Made by a program: the position numbers and the translations under genes. This document shows positions 9,349-18,662 of a DNA stretch of 64,000 nucleotides, piece by piece; within the stretch, counting starts at the first letter, position 1; each line of letters opens with the position of its first letter. Source of the stretch: a virus (Duplodnaviria; Caudoviricetes); IMG/VR virus record IMGVR_UViG_3300027891_000004, positions 103,821 to 167,820 of that record; one strand, written 5' to 3'. A model generated the notes under the pieces. That model had not been told where the DNA came from. It saw nothing but the letters and a program-made list of their open reading frames with translations, and searched no databases.

Positions 9349-9879
9349 TTAGAACAGGTATACCATTTTGAAATCAGTTGTCAACCCCACGCTCTTCTCG
9401 AACCAATCAAAAACCTTGTCGGGGTCTTTGTCACGCATAATCGACATCGACAAACAATCGCATACGAATTCTGACAAGGCATCTTCGTCCATGCCGGTCG
9501 CGTCGATATTTGTCTTCGGGTCTTTACGGGCGAACGGTTCATCAGGGGCCAATCTGTTATCCCAATGTTCGGGGTGATGCGGATTCCGCAAAATATGCGT
9601 CCAAGTATCTGCGTCGATCCGTCTGTTGATTTCGTCAATATCTCCCGGCAACTCATCCAATGCGTGTTCGGTTTCCCGCCACTGGAGCAGATAATAGTAG
9701 GGCAGGTCGAATTTATCTTCGTCATGCTTCGGGAAATACCGACCTATGAAAGAAGCGAGCGTATTGACGCGGGCGATATGCCGTTGCGTAAAATCCACGA
9801 AATTCCGCCTGATTTCTTCGCACAAGGGCAGGTACTCCGCGCCCCATCCAAACGCTTGGCATAATTCGTTTTTATTCAT
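9349..9879 (-). CDS. HD-type phosphohydrolase (DUF5662-like)
   Basis: KHDEDKF, H..RNPHHPEHW, EFVCD; start moved to MNKNEL. Confidence 0.65.
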   Translation of the reverse strand: MNKNELCQAFGWGAEYLPLCEEIRRNFVDFTQRHIARVNTLASFIGRYFPKHDEDKFDLPYYYLLQWRETEHALDELPGDIDEINRRIDADTWTHILRNPHHPEHWDNRLAPDEPFARKDPKTNIDATGMDEDALSEFVCDCLSMSIMRDKDPDKVFDWFEKSVGLTTDFKMVYLF

Positions 9880-10361
9880 GGTACAAAAGTATATTGGCAA
9901 TGGGGGCACCGACAATGACCGGGCAGGATCGGGTCGATCTTGGTCTCGAAATCGATCCCGGCAAAATGCAAGTTAGAGGCATCAATCTGGTACTCGTTGA
10001 TATAATCGAGCAACACGTTTTTATTGATTTCACCGTTTTGGTTATTCAGTTCCAAAACCTTGGCGCGCGCTTCCCGTTCGTTTTCGGCTTCGATGAAAAC
10101 GGTGGGTATTTCCGGGATCGTATAGCCCCGGTCCTTCAAATCTTTCAATGCGAGGTACCGCCCGTTCCCGTCCATGAGCCAATTCCGGCCGTCGTTTTGC
10201 CATATAAAAACGGGGAACGAGAACCCTACTTTGAGGATCAGGTTGGACAAATCCATGATATCCTTCTGCCGACGGTCCTTCAGACGGTGTTGGAACGGCG
10301 TAAGTTTATCGAACGGGAGGCTATCCTGCGTTTGGCACGTGATCTGTATTTCTTTTGACAT
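9876..10361 (-). CDS. ParB/Srx N-terminal domain protein with C-terminal zinc ribbon
   Basis: GFSFPVFIW, LMDGNGRY.AL, CPHC. Confidence 0.75.
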   Translation of the reverse strand: MSKEIQITCQTQDSLPFDKLTPFQHRLKDRRQKDIMDLSNLILKVGFSFPVFIWQNDGRNWLMDGNGRYLALKDLKDRGYTIPEIPTVFIEAENEREARAKVLELNNQNGEINKNVLLDYINEYQIDASNLHFAGIDFETKIDPILPGHCRCPHCQYTFVP

Positions 10362-10364
10362 AGA

Positions 10365-10706
10365 TTATCTTTGTTCCAATCGTGTGATAGCCTGCTGCAT
10401 TTGTCCAAGCGTTTGTTCTGTTTTCGCGAACCCGTCCGTTACTACCGTTTTTAGCGTGTCAACGTCAGAACGCAACGATTTAAGTTGACCATTGACCGAG
10501 TTCTTCCATTCGGGCGTGAACTCGTCATCCTGCGTCGCCGCGGATTTTGCGGCGGGCTGCACATTGCCGCTACTTATAGTCCCGTTAGGATTCGATGTCA
10601 TATCAAACCCGTCATTCTCTATCGTATTGAACGCCCCGAGATTCGACAAACCGCCGTTTCCGGCTCCGAGCGATTCAAACATACCAATATCAGCCAGCTT
10701 TTCCAT
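10365..10706 (-). CDS. Leader-bearing small protein (coiled-coil cargo)
   Basis: MEKLADIGMFESLGAG...GAFNTIEN. Confidence 0.7.
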   Translation of the reverse strand: MEKLADIGMFESLGAGNGGLSNLGAFNTIENDGFDMTSNPNGTISSGNVQPAAKSAATQDDEFTPEWKNSVNGQLKSLRSDVDTLKTVVTDGFAKTEQTLGQMQQAITRLEQR

Positions 10707-10719
10707 TGTATTTTATAGG

Positions 10720-11409
10720 CTAGTGTGGTTCAAAATGAATGAACGATTTTTTACATTTCGGGCAATGGACCACCATCTCATCGTCCGGCTCCTGATCTTC
10801 CGGTAAATCGTCGGGCGCAGGCGTTTCTGGCAGGTTTTGCGACAGCGTATGCGTCCGTTCGCCACGTTCGGATGGTTTTTCGCCCTTCGGCGGCTTCGCT
10901 TCAGGCTCGTCCATTATCGGATTGTACTCCGCCGTAGAATCAAGCACAATATCCGCCTTCAGCAACAGCCGCATCTCTTCGGTAATCGAATCCATGTCCA
11001 ACGTCGGAAACTTATATTGGGACAGATCAATCAGCGGCAAATCCCGAACCAAATCTTTGAAGCCCGACACGGTATAATCGCCCGATATTGTATTGATATA
11101 CACCAATTTTTCCCGCGCCTCGGCCTCGTCTTTCGCATCTATATAGACAACGGGCAACGGGGGAATTTCGTAGCCTTCGCTATGCAGTATTTGAAGCGCA
11201 AGTTGACGACCGTGCCCATCAAGGCAGGAACATACGCCGTCGGGCTGTCTCCAAATGAAAAACGGGGCGAAAAAACCATGCCTCAAGATGCTTTCGGCGA
11301 TATGGTCCACGTCATACTGCTCGCGTGATTTAAAAGCACCCTGAAAAGCAACGATATTGGAAAGGGGTAGGTGATCTTTCGACCGACAAGTAATTTGTAT
11401 GGTTTTCAT
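10720..11409 (-). CDS. ParB/Srx N-terminal domain protein with C-terminal zinc ribbon (paralog of 9876-10361)
   Basis: MKTIQITC.., GFFAPFFIW, LDGHGRQ.AL, CPKC. Confidence 0.75.
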   Translation of the reverse strand: MKTIQITCRSKDHLPLSNIVAFQGAFKSREQYDVDHIAESILRHGFFAPFFIWRQPDGVCSCLDGHGRQLALQILHSEGYEIPPLPVVYIDAKDEAEAREKLVYINTISGDYTVSGFKDLVRDLPLIDLSQYKFPTLDMDSITEEMRLLLKADIVLDSTAEYNPIMDEPEAKPPKGEKPSERGERTHTLSQNLPETPAPDDLPEDQEPDDEMVVHCPKCKKSFIHFEPH

Positions 11410-11466
11410 TGAAGATATAGGTGAAGTTGCTTTGCAAAGTATAGCAACTCGCGGCTCGTATGTCAA

Positions 11467-12552
11467 CTATGCCATGCTAAATTTCGACTTCCATTCGGCA
11501 ATAAACAAAGGAAGCGCGTTCCTAAACTCTTGATATTTAAGCAAGTCTGCAAGTTGATAAAACGTATCCTGCTCGGTTTCTTTTCTTTGCAGATCGAGCC
11601 ATTTTGATAGTGCTGTATCAAACGCAGCTGACAATTCGCTTACGACCTGTTTCAAATCATGGCGTTCTGTGGTATTGCATGGGCGAGCCGTCTCGCTAGC
11701 AGGCGATTCGACCGCGATCTCGCCACATGGCGGGATTTCACATTCGGAAGCCTCGCTAAGCATCGCGTTTATTTTGTCGATTTCGACACCTTCGGCACCT
11801 TTGTCCACGGGTGGACAAAGGTCCTGCCTATTTTGATTTTCTTCTACGACAGAAAGATCGGGCACCGTGGGCATGTGAGTTTTACGCAAAAAAACATTGA
11901 GGATTGGCGGGTTCCCGCCAATCTTTATGACCTCGATTATTTTATTTATTGCGCCAGACATTATCCCGGCGTACTGATGCGTACGCGCGACCCAATTCAT
12001 CATATTGTTTCCTGGGACTGATTCTCGATTGATAACATTCGATTCGTACAATTCAATAATCGCTTGGTACGCCTCGGCAAGAAAACCACGGGGCATAGGG
12101 GCTGGAATGCCTTGTTGCAACTGGTCGTAAACCCCCTTCGATTTTGCGTAAAACATCCAGGCATCGTAGATATTACGATCATGCACGGTAGGCCCCACAT
12201 GAAAAAAGAATCTGATAACAGCGTGGTGTATAGCAGCATAGGGCGATGACAACAGGGTAGTACGGGATATGAACGGCGCCCCGAACAACGTTTTCAAATC
12301 GCACCCAAAAGCATTCTTTCGTGGTGCTGGCGGCGGGCACTTGAACGGTATCTCCCCGCATTCACAATAGACGCCCACTTCGGTAGGCTCGGTGCCCAAC
12401 ATTAAATACGATTCGCGTTCTTCCGGCGTACCGCTATTGTAGTCGTCCGAAACCACGCCGATTTTATCAAAAATCTTTTCAAAATCAGCGTCGGTTAGGT
12501 GTTCCAAAGGGGTAGATTCAGTCATATTCGTAATCAAATGGAGGTCCAACAA
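11467..12552 (-). CDS. Hypothetical protein
   Basis: Long ORF in gene-dense context. Confidence 0.55.
   Translation of the reverse strand: MLDLHLITNMTESTPLEHLTDADFEKIFDKIGVVSDDYNSGTPEERESYLMLGTEPTEVGVYCECGEIPFKCPPPAPRKNAFGCDLKTLFGAPFISRTTLLSSPYAAIHHAVIRFFFHVGPTVHDRNIYDAWMFYAKSKGVYDQLQQGIPAPMPRGFLAEAYQAIIELYESNVINRESVPGNNMMNWVARTHQYAGIMSGAINKIIEVIKIGGNPPILNVFLRKTHMPTVPDLSVVEENQNRQDLCPPVDKGAEGVEIDKINAMLSEASECEIPPCGEIAVESPASETARPCNTTERHDLKQVVSELSAAFDTALSKWLDLQRKETEQDTFYQLADLLKYQEFRNALPLFIAEWKSKFSMA
11719..11734. repeat. 16-bp palindrome copy (2 mismatches)
   Basis: CTCGCCACATGGCGGG inside a CDS. Confidence 0.7.
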
Positions 12553-12560
12553 CCGGTTTC

Positions 12561-12950
12561 TTACAGTTCGTAGCCTGCTTCGGTCATCGCGGTTTCAAAC
12601 GCATCATTAAACTCCAAAAAAGTATCGTCATCGAGTTCCCAGTATCCGGGACTCGCTTCCGAAGGTTCTGTTACAAATTTCAAATTACCATGCGAACCTT
12701 CAACTTCACCGAGGTACGCAGCATAACAATCGGCTATATAATCAGAAAGCCCTTCCGACCCGCCAGCTATTGAACAATAATAGGGCCTACAATTGAAAAG
12801 GAAAATCCAACCAGATATAAAGCCGCAATTCTCATCGGGAACGGTAAACACAAAAATACGATCAACGCCGAAGGAAAAACTACAAATAGCTTTTCCGTAT
12901 TCCAAGTTATGGTTATTTTGCATGGAGGCTTCAAGTTGCTGTGGTGACAA
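12561..12950 (-). CDS. Hypothetical acidic protein
   Basis: ORF with plausible composition. Confidence 0.5.
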   Translation of the reverse strand: MSPQQLEASMQNNHNLEYGKAICSFSFGVDRIFVFTVPDENCGFISGWIFLFNCRPYYCSIAGGSEGLSDYIADCYAAYLGEVEGSHGNLKFVTEPSEASPGYWELDDDTFLEFNDAFETAMTEAGYEL

Positions 12951-13007
12951 ACTACGCGATTACGTTTATACAGTATGCCAAACTAGCGCAAAAAAGCAAT
13001 AAACTTA

Positions 13008-13036
13008 TTGTGTAAACTTGTGAAATTCGTTATAAT
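13008..13036 (+). promoter_or_regulatory. Sigma70-like promoter for the leader gene at 13092
   Basis: TTGTGT-17-TATAAT. Confidence 0.5.
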
Positions 13037-13091
13037 TCCGTTTTCGTTTACACTTACGCTCACGCTCACGCTCACGCCAGGGGAATTAGCT

Positions 13092-13504
13092 ATGGACCAA
13101 TTCGCCGATATTTCACGATTTGAAAATTTGCAGTAAATATACGGTTTGCCAACGAAAGTAAGATGGCTGCGTTTAATGAAAATATAGCGGTAGAAAACGA
13201 CATTTTCAAAAAGAACGGGATTTTCATAGACGAAAACAAATTGCCGCCAGAAGAAAAACAAGAGTGTGAACTCATCAATAAATTTGAATCGATATATTTC
13301 ACTGACATAGGCCGTCTAGCAGCACTAAGGTCCAACCCCAAAACGCAAGCACAAATTGAAGATGAATTTAACGGCGTCTACCAAGAAAACGAAATTGAAA
13401 AAGAGCTAGAAGAAACAAAAGATAATTTTCAAATCAGGCGTGAGGTAGCAAAAGAAAACTACGGCATTGAAACTATTTCAAGGTGCCCGCCGTTAAACCG
13501 CTAA
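13092..13504 (+). CDS. Leader-bearing protein split by a -1 frameshift (programmed, pseudogene or sequencing error)
   Basis: MDQFADISRFENLQ* (13092-13136); the -1 frame continues AVNIRFANESKMAAFNENIAVEN into ORF 13163-13504. Confidence 0.6.
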
Positions 13505-13845
13505 CTTTCATTGTCAAGGATACCGTCCAGTTTGGAAAGCAATCTAATCATATAATCTATGCTGCATTTTTTATTACTCAAAACTAACGGACGCATATAT
13601 GGTACGTCGAGATGAGACATACGAATAGAAAACTTTAACCCGTCAAGTTCTCGTTGCACATCCTCAGGTAAGTCCAGACGTTTATCTCCAGTGCTCTCTC
13701 TCTTTGGGGCGGCTCTATCCGTTTTTGGTTTCTTATCGTACTCTTCCATCCATTTTGCCATAGCCTCAATATCCTCTTGCGGCATTTCGATTCCTTTTTC
13801 GGTGGCAAAAGCTGCAACTGACTTTATGTAATCGTGGTGATCCAT
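13501..13845 (-). CDS. Hypothetical protein convergent with the leader gene
   Basis: Its 3' end overlaps that of 13163-13504 by 4 bp. Confidence 0.55.
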   Translation of the reverse strand: MDHHDYIKSVAAFATEKGIEMPQEDIEAMAKWMEEYDKKPKTDRAAPKRESTGDKRLDLPEDVQRELDGLKFSIRMSHLDVPYMRPLVLSNKKCSIDYMIRLLSKLDGILDNES

Positions 13846-13882
13846 TACTTTTTAGGTGTCTACAAAAAATGTCAATTCAGGT

Positions 13883-13933
13883 CGGCATTCCTCCCACCCC
13901 TAAAGGGGTGGGCTTCCTGCCTCTGGGATCGTG
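13883..13933. mobile_element. Orphan IS200/IS605-type terminal hairpin
   Basis: GGCATTCCTCCCACCCCTAAAGGGGTGGGCTTCCTGCC resembles IS200/IS605 subterminal palindromes; no tnpA or tnpB nearby. Confidence 0.5.
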
Positions 13934-13976
13934 AAAAAGTTCCTTTTCAATACTATGCCACAAAGACAAACGAAAA

Positions 13977-14351
13977 TCAAGAGCAATTGGCGATTTTCGC
14001 CAACTGCCAGGTATATTTTAGCATAATAGGCCGGGCGACGGCCGCCTGTTTGTCGGTCAGCCGTCGGCCGTCGGTCAGCCATTCGGCAAGACTGGAAAGG
14101 TAGGGCGCATCGAAGGCGTTAAAGCCTACGCCGTTATCTTCAACGGTCGCCTCACGATCCTTTTCTTCCCGCGTTTGGAAATTATAGACTGCCAAAATCG
14201 CGCGTTCCAACCAACGCTGGTCGGAGATAATTTTTTCGTTGATTTCGGCCTTTGTCCACTTTTTCTGGACGACTGGGACTTCTTCCTGCTCGAATTTAAG
14301 CAGAGCGGTCGCGGGCATTTTCGGCTTGGGTCTCTTCAAAAAACAAATCAT
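13977..14351 (-). CDS. Conserved phage protein (NGVGFNxxDA family)
   Basis: QT.EEK...DNGVGFNAFDA..LSSLA...LTDKQ...KY..QL. Confidence 0.65.
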   Translation of the reverse strand: MICFLKRPKPKMPATALLKFEQEEVPVVQKKWTKAEINEKIISDQRWLERAILAVYNFQTREEKDREATVEDNGVGFNAFDAPYLSSLAEWLTDGRRLTDKQAAVARPIMLKYTWQLAKIANCS

Positions 14352-14431
14352 GGCCTTACCTCCTTAAAATAAAGTTGTTTGTGGGCAACAAACGCTACAC
14401 TTATTTTTCAATGGATTCGTAGAGCAAGTTT

Positions 14432-15877
14432 TCAACAAAAAGTCAAATCCAATTTGATACTTTTTTCAAGAAGTCGTTCAAAATCAATAGACGGCGTTTG
14501 AACGCCATCCACGTCAAAATAACCACGTCGTTCATTCAAAAGGATCGCGGAAATAACGCCGTTGGTTGCAAGCCGATACGGGTAATCCCCCAACTCTTCG
14601 GGCGACAGCGGAATCGTAACGGACGACGTAGAACAAAATTCCTTCTCCCAATCTGCCCGATGCTTGTCGGCGACCATGTTCGCAACGGCCACAAACCGCA
14701 TCTCTTCGGTACGCGGGTTATGGTAATCGAGCCGGACAACCGTACCGGGCAAAAGCCGAACCGAATTCCCCGACCGGGACGCGCCCCATTCGCAGCCGAA
14801 ATATGGCGGGATAGATATTCGGGATTTTGCACGTTTCAAAGAAGCGGGGACCGGCTGTAGCAAAACATGATAAGAACCGATCTCGGCGTTCCATACTGGC
14901 AACGACACGTACCCGTTAAATGGTTTGGCAATATCGGGCGGCAACGAATCGGGCACGAGCTGTTCCGGCTGTAGTTCGGCGTCCAACTGGTTCCACACGC
15001 AAACTTCGCAGCCGCAAACGGAGTTATGGACGGGCGTAAGGGAGCCGAGTTTAAGTTTGTAGCGTCGGTCCAAGCGTTGCCGTAGTTTCTTTACCTTGAA
15101 CTCCTGTTCTTTTTGCTCGGACTGCGTCTTTTTACCGCCGCCGCGTACCAAACGCCACAAGCAGCGGCAATTCGGATGGCGGGGTAACAGGGAACGCGCC
15201 TGTTCAATAGTCATACGTTTGCCTTCGAGTTCTTCGCATTTCTTGCACCGTCGGTGATCTTTGACGGTCTCTATCTGCGCTATCACCTCTTTGATATTTG
15301 CAGCTTGGTAGGCGTCTAATTTTGCTTCTGCTTCGGCTTTGGTTATTTCGTCCTGCACCGTTGTCTTGACTTTTTGTTTGTACTTATCAATCGCCTTCTC
15401 GGCGGCTTCGGTAAGCAATTCGATTTCACGCGGCGACAGGGGTTCCGACGACTCCTGCTTCTTTTTCGGGACAACGCGGTCGTATACTTTTTTCACGGCG
15501 TCCGTAACGATCTTCCCGAACCCCGTGAAAAGCCCGGCTACTTTCTTCCCGGCTGCTTTTACAAGTTCGCCGATAGCCGAGTTCTCAACGGCGATCATTT
15601 CCAATAGTTTTTCGTCGTTGTACGCCGAGTTTCTAATTTCAACGATCCCGGTCCGGTGCGATGCTCGGTACGCCTTATTGATAACGTCTGTTATGAACTT
15701 TTCGGAATAGAACGCGGGCAGCCGTTCCTCAGCGGCGGCAAGAAAGCCCGCCACGTGGCGGGATCGGAACAGTTCCCGGACGTTATTTTTTAACTTCGCA
15801 AAATGTATTTCGATAGCGAGGTCCGTCTCGTTGCGAAGGAAAACAATATCGGAAGGTTCGCTATGCGTGATATTCAT
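14432..15877 (-). CDS. Head morphogenesis (minor head, Mu gpF/SPP1 gp7-like) protein with extensions
   Basis: D.RRCKKCEELEG...LPRHPNCRC; multiple VxN motifs. Confidence 0.75.
   Translation of the reverse strand: MNITHSEPSDIVFLRNETDLAIEIHFAKLKNNVRELFRSRHVAGFLAAAEERLPAFYSEKFITDVINKAYRASHRTGIVEIRNSAYNDEKLLEMIAVENSAIGELVKAAGKKVAGLFTGFGKIVTDAVKKVYDRVVPKKKQESSEPLSPREIELLTEAAEKAIDKYKQKVKTTVQDEITKAEAEAKLDAYQAANIKEVIAQIETVKDHRRCKKCEELEGKRMTIEQARSLLPRHPNCRCLWRLVRGGGKKTQSEQKEQEFKVKKLRQRLDRRYKLKLGSLTPVHNSVCGCEVCVWNQLDAELQPEQLVPDSLPPDIAKPFNGYVSLPVWNAEIGSYHVLLQPVPASLKRAKSRISIPPYFGCEWGASRSGNSVRLLPGTVVRLDYHNPRTEEMRFVAVANMVADKHRADWEKEFCSTSSVTIPLSPEELGDYPYRLATNGVISAILLNERRGYFDVDGVQTPSIDFERLLEKSIKLDLTFC
15747..15762. 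repeat. 16-bp palindrome, perfect
   Basis: CCCGCCACGTGGCGGG inside a CDS. Confidence 0.9.
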
Positions 15878-16602
15878 TTGTGCGTGAGGAAGAGTTCCAA
15901 CAGATGCTTTGATTTGTTAATGAACCGTTGCATATTTGAAAAATGTTTCAGTAGTATCGTCGATTCTTTCTTTATCTCATCTACTTTTTCTGGGTTTGCG
16001 AGCGCTTCGCCGAACCCGTTAAACAGTGCGTGCCAATCTTCATACAAAGTTTCGGCATTCTTAAAATAAGACAATACGTCATTTACGGCTGTCTTGGTTC
16101 GCTTCTTTGTTTTAACGGATTCCCGGTCGCAGCTCGCACATTTTTGCAAACGGTGCAATATCAAACTTTTCAACTGCGGCAAACTATACTGCCTTTTGAC
16201 GAGTTGCTTTTCAATTTCTTTGCGTATTGACGACAATTCTGGCTTGCCTAGTTTTTCCGTGATTGTGCGTAAATGCCCCCAAAGGACTGTAACGCCGTGC
16301 TTGCTTGCGGCTGCGTCTAGCCGCTCAAATTCATCAAGCGTATACAATCTCGCAACATCCAAAATAGAATAAACAAAAGATTTGAAAACGCCTGCCAATT
16401 TCGCCACCTTGAGAATAAAAGACGCCCCATACTCAGGCACACGATCTCTTAGTTTATCCGCAAACAAAAAGTTTTCTCGAACTTTGTGCAAAGCAGACGT
16501 GCGAGCGCACGTGTACAGAAGCCAGGCAATATCTTTTTCCAATTCGGTCGCCGAGTCCCATAGCCGTTCTCTCTTTTTATCCTCTGAAAAAATATAATCC
16601 AT
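15874..16602 (-). CDS. Putative DNA-binding protein (ParB-HTH/DUF1016-N-like)
   Basis: KVAKLAGVFKSFVY helix pair and VLWGHLRTI motif. Confidence 0.4.
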   Translation of the reverse strand: MDYIFSEDKKRERLWDSATELEKDIAWLLYTCARTSALHKVRENFLFADKLRDRVPEYGASFILKVAKLAGVFKSFVYSILDVARLYTLDEFERLDAAASKHGVTVLWGHLRTITEKLGKPELSSIRKEIEKQLVKRQYSLPQLKSLILHRLQKCASCDRESVKTKKRTKTAVNDVLSYFKNAETLYEDWHALFNGFGEALANPEKVDEIKKESTILLKHFSNMQRFINKSKHLLELFLTHK

Positions 16603-16605
16603 AAT

Positions 16606-18138
16606 TTAGAATCCCATGTCGCTTAAGCCTCCCGTACTCGCACCACCTGACATATTAGGCGCGAGACTGGCGGCTTCTTTTTCTGCTGCTTCTGATTTGT
16701 TCTGTTCGGCACGCCGCGTAATCGTTCTAGCTTTCGTTTCCGACATATCGCAAAATTCCATAAGAAACGTAACGGGATCATAAAAACGATCCAAATTGGA
16801 TGCGTAGAACTTTTCAAGGAACTCAATTTGCTTGGCCCTTACCTCGTATATCTCCGTCCGGGTATCTATAGACAAATCGGGCCATTCAACTGAAAAATCA
16901 TTGTTAAACGGATTTGGAACAATCCCGAACGTAACAAGACGTTGGACAACTGGCTTAATAAGGAAGGGGGTCAGATACGATTCCTGCCGTTCCATGAGTC
17001 GTTTCTTCCAAATCACGGCATCCTGCGTAGAGGCCAACTCGCCGCGTTCGGAACCCATCAAAATACGAGCCGGGCACCCAAGTCCGATAGCAATTTGGTT
17101 TATGCAAACTTCGACATGTCCGGTAGGGTCGGCGTATGAAGACGACAACTGGTTTACGGTCGCGTTCTTAAGGGCCATCCACCGCTGGAACTGGTTCTCG
17201 AACAATTCGACCTGCCGTTGGATTTCCGGGATGTCCAATTGAACGGTGTTGAGCAGGTTATCTGTAGCCTGTATAATGTATCCGGGGTACGCGCCTTTGT
17301 AAAACATCTCGCCTGACGAACCGAAAATCTTCATCAGATCGAGGCACGCATTGTAAACGAGCTTCAACCGGGGCACGCCGATTATCTCCGAAATTTCACG
17401 ATTATCCGCGATGTGGACCACGCGAGTCCAATGTATCTCTTGCGTGGAAAGATCGACATGCCCGCCAGAAAACTCAACATTAGGCGATTGGGCCTGGATA
17501 CGGTACATTGTCGGATGCCCGTACCTTTGGCTATTCCGACGAATTTCTGATTCTACAATATCCACCTGCGATTCCGGAAACGCACGTAAATACCCCAATT
17601 CATATTTTACGCCATCTTCGATGGTTACGGGTTCGTTCATCGGCTTGCCATCGTTTATCCCAATAATAAGTATCCCGTAACTACCGATCCCGGAAAGTAT
17701 ATCGGCCCGGCGAAGCCAGCCCCATATATTATGTTTGCTAAAAACGGCGTCAATCTCTCTTTTAAAATCGCTATCGGCTGGCGCGTTAGAATCGAGAATA
17801 GTAGGGCGAGTCTGCCAGCATTCAAGCGGGTACAACTGAACCACGCGGTGCGCGATAGGGTTCCGGTCATACATATCTTGGTAATCAAACTTAGAGATCA
17901 TTTGCGGATAGCCGAACTGGCTCGCGTAATCTCTATTGAGAGGATTGGTATTTACCTCGCCGCCGAACCCGCCGCCCATAGCCATACGACGACGGAATAG
18001 CTGTTGCATAGCGTCGTTCATAACGGAAACACTTTTTGTTTCCGGTTCTTTGTTTGTACTTACGTAAGGGGCAATCTCCAATTCGTGCGAACCTCGCCTA
18101 GTGTCCGAATCGATCCCGTGGCTTATAACGTTGTTCAT
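16606..18138 (-). CDS. Portal protein (DUF1073 type)
   Basis: MYDRNPIAHRVV, SQRYGHPTMY, IHWTRVVH, IGVPRL, GCPARILMGSERGELAS.QD...W. Confidence 0.85.
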   Translation of the reverse strand: MNNVISHGIDSDTRRGSHELEIAPYVSTNKEPETKSVSVMNDAMQQLFRRRMAMGGGFGGEVNTNPLNRDYASQFGYPQMISKFDYQDMYDRNPIAHRVVQLYPLECWQTRPTILDSNAPADSDFKREIDAVFSKHNIWGWLRRADILSGIGSYGILIIGINDGKPMNEPVTIEDGVKYELGYLRAFPESQVDIVESEIRRNSQRYGHPTMYRIQAQSPNVEFSGGHVDLSTQEIHWTRVVHIADNREISEIIGVPRLKLVYNACLDLMKIFGSSGEMFYKGAYPGYIIQATDNLLNTVQLDIPEIQRQVELFENQFQRWMALKNATVNQLSSSYADPTGHVEVCINQIAIGLGCPARILMGSERGELASTQDAVIWKKRLMERQESYLTPFLIKPVVQRLVTFGIVPNPFNNDFSVEWPDLSIDTRTEIYEVRAKQIEFLEKFYASNLDRFYDPVTFLMEFCDMSETKARTITRRAEQNKSEAAEKEAASLAPNMSGGASTGGLSDMGF

Positions 18139-18649
18139 TTCTTATGTCTGTTGGGCTGCGAGTATCGGGGTCTTGGACGCCTTTACGTTCGTAAATTCGA
18201 GACGCCTCATAATACAAAAGCGGGTTGTCAAAAGCAAACATGACGACAGGAAACATAGCGATCCCCTGGAACATATCATATACAAATTCGTCGCCTGAAG
18301 TCGTTAAGTAACGAAAAAAAGTATGATAAGTATGTTTCAACGGCAAAATATGCTGTTTCGCAAACGACAAGAAATCAATATACCTGATTTTGTCGGGAAT
18401 GTAAAGATACGGAACATAAGATTCTGGTTCATACCCATCCGATAGCGTAGGAGTTCTCCTATACGTATTGTCCTCAAAATAATTATACCACCAATTCCCT
18501 GCTTGACGGCGGAACACCACTGGTTGTCGTTGTATAGACCCGCTTCTTCTATACGGCTGGCGAAGTGAAACGCAAGTAAGCGGATGCCGATCTGCGATCT
18601 CATGCGCCTTCTCCCATGTCATGTGTTTTGTCAAAGGTATCCATGCCAT
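18098..18649 (-). CDS. Hypothetical protein
   Basis: ORF between the RecA paralog and the portal gene. Confidence 0.5.
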   Translation of the reverse strand: MAWIPLTKHMTWEKAHEIADRHPLTCVSLRQPYRRSGSIQRQPVVFRRQAGNWWYNYFEDNTYRRTPTLSDGYEPESYVPYLYIPDKIRYIDFLSFAKQHILPLKHTYHTFFRYLTTSGDEFVYDMFQGIAMFPVVMFAFDNPLLYYEASRIYERKGVQDPDTRSPTDIRNEQRYKPRDRFGH

Positions 18650-18662
18650 AACTATTCAAAGT

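Noticed and set aside
16606-18138. Anti-CBASS Acb1 label often attached to DUF1073 proteins
   Set aside because: No HxT phosphoesterase domain is visible; size, motifs and context indicate a portal.
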